A DNA stretch of 64,000 bases from Trichinella spiralis. Taxonomy: Eukaryota. Location of the stretch: contig NW_003526944.1 in assembly GCF_000181795.1 (NCBI RefSeq), forward strand, positions 1,392,498-1,456,497, written 5' to 3'. Each line of letters opens with the position of its first letter. The stretch's first letter is position 1. The notes beneath the pieces were generated by a model, which worked only from the letters and a program-made list of their open reading frames with translations, did no database searches and had not been told where the DNA came from. Positions 53,443 to 64,000 of the stretch are shown here, piece after piece. The position numbers and the translations under genes are program-made.

Positions 53443-55895
53443 AACGACTGCTTACAGTAATCTAAAAAATTAGCAGATGACTTATGAGAGGCAAATCAAA
53501 TAAGAATCAGGCCCCCGAACTTGATTATCCCATTCACAAGACCAGCGGGAAGAGCAGAAACTCATGGCCATTGCCATGTTCTCCTAATTACGCGAAAAGA
53601 TTTTCAAAAATTAAGTGAGCAGGAAAACTAGGTTATCAGGGACGATATCTAACTACGGTTAACTAAAGTAAATGTTCGCTATTTGTTAATTTATTATATA
53701 ACAGTAAGAAACTTATTTCAAAAGTAACGAATTTACACAAGTCAATAGCTCTTAGACCTGGAAAATCATATTCAATAGCAAGTAGATAACGGTGTAATGC
53801 AACAGAAAGTAATTCGGGATTACTGTAGTTGAAAAGCCACTTTCGCTTGAGTAGAAATTAGACTGCAAATAATGACTGGAAAATAAAAGAAAAATGATTA
53901 GTTTTCTACAAGAAGTCATTTGCGTAGGGTAAACTCAAAACTTTCGATTATTATTATCTTGGTTTTTTGCATTCCGCTATCATCATATATTGAAACGCAG
54001 CTAACAGAACAGTTTTCAAATGTCATAAAAATAGAATCATGTTATTCTACTTTTTGAAATTTTTTTTCTAAAGTAAAGTTTCTAGTCTTTGTCAACAACG
54101 GTTTAAAATCACAGAAACAAATTATAACATAAAATCATGAAAAAGAGATTATGTGCGTATTAAGAAAGGAATCAAAAATAAAATATCGCGTGAAATGCAA
54201 TCGAAATTGGCGCCTACCTGATTTTCAAGATTGTACTACAAATTGGTCTGGGCGTTGGTGAATCTCAAGTACGATGACAAGTTGATGCGCAGGTAAAAAG
54301 CAACAAATCAGTGAAAGTGCAAAAATAGCTTTTGTAATAGCAGCAGAAACAATGTTTTGGGGGCGGCGACAGCGCAATCACCTTAAATAAATGCAGTAGA
54401 AATAATAGGCGACCGGAATAATAACAAAGCACAGATTTCTAAACACCTCTCTTCACTTACTCTCACATTTTGCATACCTAACTGAACCTTTGTAATAAGA
54501 TATCAAGTTAAAGTATTTTTGAGAAACAGCAGTGAAAATAACATAGAAAAAATTATTATTAAAACATGTTGAAATTTTAGATAAATTTTTACGAAAAAGC
54601 GAAATTTATGAGTTTATAATTATGAGATCGGTACAATTTTTGGAATTGATTAAAAATTCTTTAAATTCATACTTATCTAAAGGCAAAATGAAAAATTAAA
54701 AACGAACCTTTTTTATCAATAAATTAGAAATGACTTCTGTAAATCCTACAGTGCCTTATAATTAAAAGCAGGTTTGATTATGGTTGAAAGAAAGATTATT
54801 TCCATAATATATAGTTACAATATTTTAAAATATAATTTATTAATAATTACACATGAATTTTTAATTTTACCTTTACTTTAAAGTATGTTTAATATCATTT
54901 GAAAATTACAGTATGACGTCAACGCTGTTGGAAAATAAGCTATTAATAAATTTTGAATTATACGACTAAAAAGCATACTTAAGATGCAAATGCTTTTTCA
55001 AATTTGTTTATTTATTAAAATTATTTATTATTTACAATATTTTCAATGCTTTTTTAAATTATTAACAACTATAATAGTACAAACTGTAAATTGTTTTTTT
55101 CATAGTTCTATTCCGACAGCAAAGTCAGTATTATCTTTTTCATTAGATAATTTTATTAGAGCCATTATAGCAATGTAATTTTATAATTATTTCTTAAATA
55201 AATGAAGGTAACTTGAGAAAATAAAAAAACTGTTTGACATTTGAGACATGTTGAATGAATATGTTCAGCTAGTCATAGTATACTATTATTTTACGTTTGT
55301 AGGTATATATTTTTTTAAGCTGTTCCAAGGGGTGTTATTCTGTGCAGTTTGCTTGTATACTAAAACTTTAGTACGCATTATTGATGTTAATAGTCTAAGA
55401 ATTCTGTTCGTTTTTTTAAATTATAAGATAGGTATGCTTGTCAATGATGAACTGTCCGAAAATAGCGCAATTAAACTGTAAACGAAATTCTGCGATTTCA
55501 AATATTATGCCAAATCAAAGTTTATGTGCAGTAAAAAATTTGTGTTACATTGATTTGAAGGAAACAATGCACTGTTGAGATAATTTGATATGCAACATTT
55601 CAACGTTTTTAGTTAATGTAATTTGTACGCGTAAATTTTTCAGCCAAAATTGACAGTTGTTCTAAGCAGTCAAAAATCTCACAGATAAATCGAAATAATT
55701 TTCAAAGTTGATTTATTTTTTACAGCTTATTTTTTATGTTAATCATAAATAATTGACATTGTTAGATGTTATTATAATCGAAGTATATTGATCATCATGC
55801 TGTAATAATTGTACTTCTGTGTTAAATGTACTGTATATGCCAACTGTTTACGGAAATTGATAACTGTTAATTTGTTTTGATGTTAGATTGCCGTT

Positions 55896-57254
55896 ATGTG
55901 CGAGGCGGAATTATTCGTTTCTACAAGTTTTCCCATGTACAGTGTTCGTGTTGTTGGTGATCATCATATCGTTGTCGCCGGTGGAGGCGGCCAGGCGAAA
56001 TCTGGCGTCCCAAATCGTGTTGAAGTTTTTGGTATCGATTTGAATAGCACCGGCCCAAAATTGACCAAGATGGGTCATTTAAACACTGATAGTCGTGCCA
56101 CGATGAACATGGATGTACTTGCATTGAATACAAGAAATGGTGAATTTATTTTAGCTCTCGGTCAAGAAGGTAAATGTTGTACAAAATCCAATGTTCATTG
56201 CATGCAACATCGAAACGAATGCTTTGTTTCAGGTTGCTGCCAACTTGTGCAAACGTCTTATTGGAATTTGAACTCTCCAAATGCCCCAGATGTTTCATTT
56301 CATCGGCCGCACAGAAGTCGTAATAATAGTTTAAACGATGATACAAAAGGGCGAAATGCAGGCACATTTAGTCTTAAAATGGATGCAGTTCAGCTTTTCC
56401 AGACGGACTTTTCATCCGATGGCCGAGGTGGCGGTCCGTTTCAGAAAGTGGTTCGTTTCAGCCATACTGGTCAACTGTTGTTAACTGGAGGTGCGGATGG
56501 TCATTTTCGTGTTTGGCAATATCCGACAGTTCGGCTAAAGTTAGATCACAATGCTCATAAAGATGAAATTGACGATTTGGATATTTCATCCGACGAAACT
56601 GTTGTAGTTACGGTTGGCCGGAATGGGACCTGTTATTTGTGGCGAATTAATGATGGAAGTAAAGTGGCTGACTTGAATGCTGTTGGTACAAAGCCGACGT
56701 TGCTGCCAGAGAAATATCGTTACCGATTTGCACGATTTTTGAAAGACAAACGTTTGAATTTGCATCAAGTTTTAATAACATGCAGTGTTCCAGTGGCGCG
56801 AAGTACGAAAATGCAGCCCTGTTTTTTGACCAAATGGCTTATCAGCTATTCCGGATCAACGCTGTTTTGTAGGGCAGAAAGTGTTCGTGCTTGCGGTAAT
56901 GAAGTGATTTCAACAATGGCCGTCAGTGACTGCAGTCAATATTTAGCTTTCGGTACACTCGGTGGAAGCTTAATTGTTTGCAAATCAGAAAATTTAAATA
57001 CGCAAAAAATTTGGAAACAAGCACATTCGATTTTTGTCACTTCGCTCGATTTCTTGCCCACAAATCCCCCTAGGCATTCTTCATTTTACCCATTGTTGTC
57101 AAGCAAATCAAGTTTAGCCATAGTAAGCGTGTCTGCGGACAATCTTTGTCAGATTCACACAATGGAATCATCGAATCAATGTTCCTGGTCACAGTTATTT
57201 TTAATACTGACAGCTCTGCTTAACATTGCATATTTTTTTATGAAATTCTGTTGA
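55896..57254 (+). CDS. PREB: Prolactin regulatory element-binding protein / SEC12 (Sar1 GEF, WD40 with C-terminal TM)
   Basis: FPMYSV, K-loop AGGGGQAKSGVPN, QKVVRFS, LLTGGADGHFRVW, AHKDEIDDLDIS, YRYRFARF, AHSIFVTSLDF, VSVSADN and a terminal hydrophobic helix. Confidence 0.92.
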   Translation: MCEAELFVSTSFPMYSVRVVGDHHIVVAGGGGQAKSGVPNRVEVFGIDLNSTGPKLTKMGHLNTDSRATMNMDVLALNTRNGEFILALGQEGKCCTKSNVHCMQHRNECFVSGCCQLVQTSYWNLNSPNAPDVSFHRPHRSRNNSLNDDTKGRNAGTFSLKMDAVQLFQTDFSSDGRGGGPFQKVVRFSHTGQLLLTGGADGHFRVWQYPTVRLKLDHNAHKDEIDDLDISSDETVVVTVGRNGTCYLWRINDGSKVADLNAVGTKPTLLPEKYRYRFARFLKDKRLNLHQVLITCSVPVARSTKMQPCFLTKWLISYSGSTLFCRAESVRACGNEVISTMAVSDCSQYLAFGTLGGSLIVCKSENLNTQKIWKQAHSIFVTSLDFLPTNPPRHSSFYPLLSSKSSLAIVSVSADNLCQIHTMESSNQCSWSQLFLILTALLNIAYFFMKFC

Positions 57255-57429
57255 CATCTATTGTGAATCAAGCTTTCGATGGATGCAATTAGGTGTTAAT
57301 TAAACGTTCATTTTTTCCATGAAATAGGCTGAAGACATAGGTAAGTTTGATAAAAAAAATCATTTATTTAATATATATTATGAAATGCATAAATAATGTT
57401 GGATATGCAATTTTACAAATGACAAATAT

Positions 57430-58284
57430 TTATGCACGACTTGTAAGTTTTGGTTTTTCAATGAAAAGCCAGTCTACTTTCAACTTTTTGCCTAAAAACG
57501 TAGCGCCGTTCATTGTCTGCACAGCTTCCAGTGCCATATCATATACTTCATATTCAATTATGGCGACTCCCTATAAAAATAAAATTAAGCATTTAAATTC
57601 TACAAAGAAAAAAGAAGTAAAATCATGTACAGTCAGATATCCAGTTTCGCGGTTAAGCAGAATGTTGATTGTTTTAACTGGACCGAAATCTTCGAACGCT
57701 TGTTTTATTTCGTCTTCTTCTGCTTCCTGGTGCAAATTGCTGACGATGATTGTCCAGCCATCAACAGCTAAATACATTCACATACTGTAATATGTTTCGA
57801 CAATTACAATCTTCATATAAATTACATGGAACAGGTTTGCTCAAAACACGTTCCTCGTCTTCGCCCTCCTCATCACCAATTCGATTTGCTTCTACATTTA
57901 AAAATTCTTTTACGAAAGCAAAACAAATACTACTTAAAAAACACAAACTTTTCATGCCACGACCACGAAACTGCTGAATTGTGACTGCTGTGTCATCCTG
58001 AATATCGTCTTCTGTGATGACTTCATCAACGTCATCTTCATCACCAGACACTAAAATGATTAAAATCAGAAATACCAAACCTCATACAAATTAAGGATAC
58101 ATTGTCGGCGGCGACGTGGGACATCGAAGCCGGCATTATCTGACGTATAATCATCTTTCATGTCTTCAACTTCTATAACAAAACTACCATGACGAAACTT
58201 CACTGCATTGTAAAAAATATAACACATTTTACCATCATCGAGCTCCTCGTCAGAAACATAAGTGGCAGAAACTTCCTCTTCCAT
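57430..58284 (-). CDS. RNA-binding protein 8A / Y14-like RRM protein (divergent)
   Basis: FRGRG, VDGWTIIVSNLHQEAEEDEI..FEDFGPVKTINILLNRETGYLT|GVAIIEYEVYDMALEAVQTMNG..LKVDWLF parallels the Y14 pattern VEGW..HEEA..LNLDRRTG..VDWCF. Confidence 0.8.
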
Positions 58285-58948
58285 AATGGTAAGTTAATTT
58301 TATTAACAATAATGAATTCAAACTTCAGTGAATAATCTCAGTTTATAACGATTGCTATAAAAGCTAAGATGATTTAGAAACAATGGATACAGTATGTTAC
58401 AGTACACAGAGGTCTTGATTATCAAATATTATTTTCTAATCAAGTTATTTTAAATGGCATTTGCTTTAGCATAAGAAATTTTTTGTTTTTTTTAATGTAA
58501 AAATAAAAAAACTGTTTTTTCCTTTAACTTAATTTCCTTTTCAAAGAAATGTAATTTGTATTCATTTTTCAGAATATTCTAAAATTATCAAATAAAGTGG
58601 CAGAAATATTCAAAATCTGCTCATTTAATTAGACAGTTACTTGATATTGAATGCTATTATGAAATTATTATTCTTTATTCTTGTTATTCTTAGGTTACAT
58701 TTCTGTATAATGAAATAAAGTATGATTTCACAGTACTGCAGTTACCTTAAGCAGTTGATTGTAGATTATGAAAATAAAGATTAGAAAATATTCAAAGAGT
58801 ATGTGTAGTGTTATTTTAATCGATGATTTTCAATATATTTTTTCATGTCATGTTTAGTTCAACGAAATATATGATAATACTCGCAAATGTTCAGCACTAA
58901 TGTTTGCATTTATTTATTTTTTGCAGGCCGTTTAATTTTTGCTTTGTA

Positions 58949-59494
58949 ATGTTTAAACACGCCCTTACTTTGGCCCGTTTCGGCTGTCGAAATAGACCTT
59001 TTTTTCATATTGTGGTGGCGAAATGTAAAACCCGCCGATGGCAAGGTGACATTATTGAACAGGTAACAGTTACGAGTGTTAGCAATGTCGAGGAATGGGA
59101 ATATTTAAGAAAATTTTAGCTTGTTTTGTAATTCTTAAGTAAAATATTTTAACAACTTTCATTGTCTTATTTCAGAAATTATTGTTGTTTTTCATTTTAA
59201 CTATATTATGTGTATATTCCTTTTATTTAGGTGGGAACGTATGATCCTTTGCCAAATGAATTTAATGAAAAGCTCGTGGCTCTTGATTTTAACCGTGTTC
59301 GCTATTGGCTGGGTCAAGACATTGCGATATCGAGAAGTGTTCTTGAGTTGTTAGGACTTTCGGGATTGTTACCCATACATCCGTATACCTATTTACGATC
59401 TCGGCAAAATCGTAGAAATCCACTTTTAATACCTTATTTTGAGAAGAATGGTATGTTGCAAAATATGCAGCAACCTACTAATTCAAGTGGTTAA
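58949..59494 (+). CDS. MRPS16: Mitochondrial ribosomal protein S16 (2 coding exons)
   Basis: LARFGCRNRPFFHIVV..GDIIEQ|VGTYDPLPNEFNEKLVALDFNRVRYWLG..LLGLSGLLPIHP. Confidence 0.93.
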
Positions 59495-60715
59495 ATAAAG
59501 TCAGTTATTGTTTTCAAGGTATATTTTATATATTCACAATATTTATATAATCTACTTTTTGATGAGTGTTTGCGTCGCTAATAACAGGCTAACTTTAAAT
59601 ATGTAACTGTTTTATTTTGTTGCTACAATGTGTTTTGTGACTGTTTAAACCGTAACGATTGTTATAAAAATTTAATGAGTTAATTAATTCACTGCGATTT
59701 TAATTTTTGAGAATATTCTAAAATTATAAAACAAACAGACGTGAATATTCAAAATAAATTTACATATTATAATAGTTACTATAAATGATCTAAAAAATTG
59801 CGTGAAGTAGCTGATTATTATGAAAATCAAATAAGTTGATTAATTTATCTTGATTGTTTTTTTAATATTTGGCTATAGTAATTGATATTAAATTTCTTAT
59901 AATTATTGGGTAACAGAATGACAATGTTGCATAGTTTCGCAGTTAAAAATCTGTTTTATTTTTGATGATCAGGACTACTTTTCAAATAATTTTACTGTAG
60001 TTGAATTGTGATACTGTAGTAGTTTACGATAGCGGGCATACACAGCTTCTTTACAGCATTTTGATAACGTTTATGAAGTTTTCAAATATTTTTAATTTGA
60101 GGAAAATTTTTATTTTATTCAGAAAGATCTTCTGTTGTAGGTTTAATTATTAATTCTGATTTCTTTATTCAATTAAGCTGCATTAGGAGTGGGATTTTGA
60201 TCTTAATTTATTTTGAAAAATTATTCATTAAAAGCATTGCTTGAACATGTTCTTCTAATCAATTGTATCATCGTTTTGAATTACAACACAATTAGTATCG
60301 AAAATCATTAATTCACTGTTGATATAACTTTTCTATGCAGGGATGGCAGTTGAGGACAAGGCATCAGTTGTTAAAATAAAGTTTTGTTTTTCCATATTCT
60401 TATTTATGTTTTCATTTAAGACTTGGTTTGTGAATAACTTGTTTTTAATTTGTAAAAGTGCAGCTAACTGACCACTGATTTGATAGCTGCATCGTTGTCT
60501 TTGATATAACTGTGCCTGTGGGTAACTGACAGGTCGATCAAACTGTTAGGCTTATAGACAATCGATTTTCTAGGAACCTGTAAAGTTCATCATTTATTCG
60601 AAACGAATCCCGAAGCGTTGAATTATTAATATGGAACGTTGATTATTCGCTGTGTTGTCATTCTTGGGACTGTTCTCTTGTGTTGAAATATTTCATTGAT
60701 GTACTTGTTCTTGAA

Positions 60716-63390
60716 ATGAATTTTGAAGAATCCAAATCTGGCACTCGGTAAGTTGTGAAGTTTGCGTTGTCGTTAAACTTTCTTTATTTTAATTATATTT
60801 TAGGGTTTATAAAAAGACCAGCGCAAATGGAAAAGTAAGTTATACATTTTTATACAGTTTTGCCTATTTGAGATTTTGTTAATAAATAACATTAATATGA
60901 TTTGTTGTTGATTAGTTTTTTGATTATTTTGAATTATAAAACAATTCTAAGCCATCTTAATTCAGTTTTCGTAAATTTCTATGTTATTTTTGTTAATTTG
61001 CATTTCACTTAAAATTTATTTAGCGTACTGCTGAAATATTTATTTCCTTTGATGAGTTGAAACATCAGCATTGGAAGTGAATTACTTATTAACAATAATA
61101 CTTAGTGGTAAAAGTGTAACTTTGATTGGAAAATTGGAAAATTTTGTTAACGCATCAAATAATAAATGAAATAATTGTTTTACACATTTTATTGTTTGTT
61201 ACGATAAATTTCTTTTTCATTGTAAAATAAGTAACTTGTCTGCGAGTATTGTTTACTGATTTGAGTTTTTGGAAAGATTAGGAAATAGGTGGAAATTTAT
61301 TTTTGAAAAATTACTTTTTATCTAGTGATGAAAATTGAATTTCTTATTATTGAACTTGTTGAAAAGCTTCTCTAAGCTGATGAACAGTTTGTACACTTTA
61401 TTGCGCGTTCCGTTTAAGACTAAATTACTTTGCCTGATGTCAAACTATTGGCAACTTAGTTATAATTAAGTAGCGTTGTATGGTAAAGGATTGATTAAAA
61501 GTAGTCATTTTTGTTATTTCAATTACACTTTTTTTAATGGTAAAATCGATACATTTGATGCTTGAATTTTCTATTATATCTTCCTCACAGAATTGTGTCT
61601 TAATTATTTACTGAATAGTATTGACGTTTTTGGTGCTGTTTTGATGAATAATGAATTTTTAGATTACAACCTACCTTGGCAAGCGTGATTTCATCGATCA
61701 CTTGACTTTCGTGGACGTAATTGGTAAATGGTGTAATTGTTAAAATGGATAGTATTGTTCTGTATTTAATTTTAATTTTTTTTATCTAGATGGTATGGTG
61801 GTTATTGATGATACAATATTTCAAGAGGGTCGGTCAGTTTGTGTAAGTTTGTTAGCAGCGTTTTGTTATGGACGTGAAGATTTGGATGTGCTGGGGCTTC
61901 AGTTTCGCAAAGATCTGTTTTATACAAGTGTTTATGTATTTCCGCCGGATCCATCGTTTGTATCACGAAAGCTTACAAGGCTTCAAGAACGTTTGAAAAA
62001 AAAGTTGGGCGACAATGCATATCCGTTTTGGTTTGAGGTACGAATATTATATTACATTACATTATATTGTTTTATTAATTTATGTTGTTCTACCCACAGT
62101 TACCTCCTTATTCAGCTTCATCAGTTACGTTGCAACCAACACCTGATGATAATGGAAAAGTTTGGGCAATATTTATTTAAAAAAAAAATATTTTTTTGTT
62201 TAATGATTTTTATTGTTTTCATTAGCCATGTGGAGTCGATTATGAATTGAAAACATACGTAGCAGATTGTATTGAAGATAAGCCGAAGAAACAGTAGAAA
62301 ATTTTTTAATAAATGAAAATAATAGACAATAATTTATCTATTTATTAGTGACTGCGTACGGTTGGCAATTCGTAAACTAACTTGCGTACCGTTTGCATTT
62401 AATTCACGACAACCGTCATTTGAAATCAGCAAAGATTACATGATGAGTTCAGGCTTGTTGTATGTCGAAGCATCATTGGACAAAGAAGTAGTTATTTATT
62501 ATTGTTATTATTGGTATAATTATTATTAATTTATTTTGAAATAGCTTTATTATCATGGCGAGTCGATTTTTGTCAACGTGTACATACAGAACAACAGCAA
62601 CAAAACGGTGAAGAAGATTAAAATTATTGTTCTTCAACGAGCTGATATATGTTTGTTCACTACGGCTACTTACCAGTGCGAAGTGGCGAAATTGGAAAGC
62701 AGTGAAGGTTTCCCACTAAGCACCGGAGGCACGTTGACCAAAGTCTATTCGGTTTGTCCATTGTTGAGCAACAACCGCGACAAACGCGGCTTAGCACTTG
62801 ACGGCAAGCTTAAACATGAAGATACTAATTTAGCATCGTCGACTGTGTAAATTTGATAATTTTGTATTTTTATTATTTAAAAAATGATAATATTTTGATG
62901 AAATGTTTTTTAGTGTTGGTAGTGATGGAAATAGGGAAAATTTGGGAATTGTGGTTCAGTATCGCGTTAAAGTTCGCCTCTCTCTCAGTGGTCCCTTAAA
63001 TGGGTATGTGTTTCATTTTGAATATTAAAAATTTTTATTTGAATGCATGCATATATATATATATTAATATGAATGTTCAATGCTTTGAAGGGAGCTTTGT
63101 GGTGAATTGCCGTTCATTTTGACACGTCCAGAGCCGATTGAACTATGTCCATCGGATCCTAAAAACACTGCTGAAGAACAGGCAGTTGATGTCGACTTGA
63201 TTCAACTGGATGCAAAGTATTTTTTCTACGTATTTATTATAGTTTAGTTTATTTGTTTGTTTGTTTGTTTTAATTTTGACTCTTTATTATTATTTTATTT
63301 ATATCTTTTTTTTAATTCAGCGAAGAGGAATCTTTGGATGATATCATTTTTGAAGATTTTGCACGTTTGCGTGTGAAAGGCGAAACGTGA
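60716..63390 (+). CDS. ARRB1: Beta-arrestin (non-visual arrestin; arr-1/kurtz-like)
   Basis: [82 protein letters not shown], clathrin box LIQLD and AP-2 motif [12 protein letters not shown]. Confidence 0.96.
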
Positions 63391-64000
63391 GACTGACATC
63401 TTTTCAACTGTTTTGTCTCAAAAAAAGTCAATTTTCTTTTTTAATTTTTTGTTTCACCGTGCTCAACGCCCCTTCTGTATATTGTTTTTTGTTTATTTGT
63501 AAAGATTGTTTCGTTAAAATTTTTCCAAATAAATAATAATTAATAATAATACTGCTGGAAAGTACAACGGCAAATGCTTATTGTGACATCTGTAAAATAT
63601 GCATATAATATGGTGAATGTTTGTTTCTTTTTTCTTGATCTGAAGTTTATTCAGAAGTAAAAAATGAAAAAAGAAGAAGAAACAAATACATTTTTAACAA
63701 TCTGTTTTAATGGTTGTTATTTTTAAGTTCCAAGTACAGTTATAGTATGCGATTATATTTCTTTAGTAAATTTCAGCGAATATTTTTTGTTGAAAATCGG
63801 CGATCGGATATTTCTATTTAAATGAAGTTAGAGGTACGTGTATTATCATGGCAAGTATATTTATAATTACATGCATGTATTGTTCATTATGCTGGTTTTT
63901 CTATGCAGCACTGTTGTTTCAGTGATACCAGCAATTAAAATCCATTATTGATAAAATTAATTTTCTTTTCGAGTCTTATGAAGTGTGAAGAATTTCCATT

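Noticed and set aside
57900..57960. Possible fourth GC donor in the Y14-like gene
   Set aside because: A same-phase GT donor (AAAA|gtttgt) lies 9 nt downstream, so GC usage is not required.

Overview
Gene-dense, AT-rich eukaryotic (metazoan) genomic DNA with many short spliceosomal introns, mostly 50-100 nt. There are no prokaryotic operons, CRISPR arrays or recognisable rRNA/tRNA genes. Compactness, intron style and protein divergence suggest a nematode, plausibly a clade I species such as Trichinella (inference only). I can assemble 17 protein-coding genes: SRP68 (3' end outside the window), CAND1, clathrin light chain, PIG-B, an SRSF4/5/6-family SR protein, a motif-rich putative PP1 regulator, an SLC36 transporter, NXF1, a Tkv/BMPR1-type receptor, IARS1, TEX2, an intronless CDA-fold (GuaD-type) guanine deaminase, a ~14-finger C2H2 protein, PREB/SEC12, a divergent Y14/RBM8A, MRPS16 and beta-arrestin. 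The most interesting signals are: the NXF1 110-nt exon / intron / 37-nt exon cassette with a stop-free, structured intron; the bacterial/plant-type guanine deaminase (HGT candidate); an orphan protein carrying SILK, RVxF, RFxV and DSGxxT motifs; a long GC-rich intron at the SWQ|DLKD position of the SR gene; a perfect 23-bp double-CCAAT inverted repeat between divergent genes; and three GC-AG introns. Gene coordinates span start to stop including introns and were derived by hand. No database searches were run, so identifications rest on recalled family motifs.
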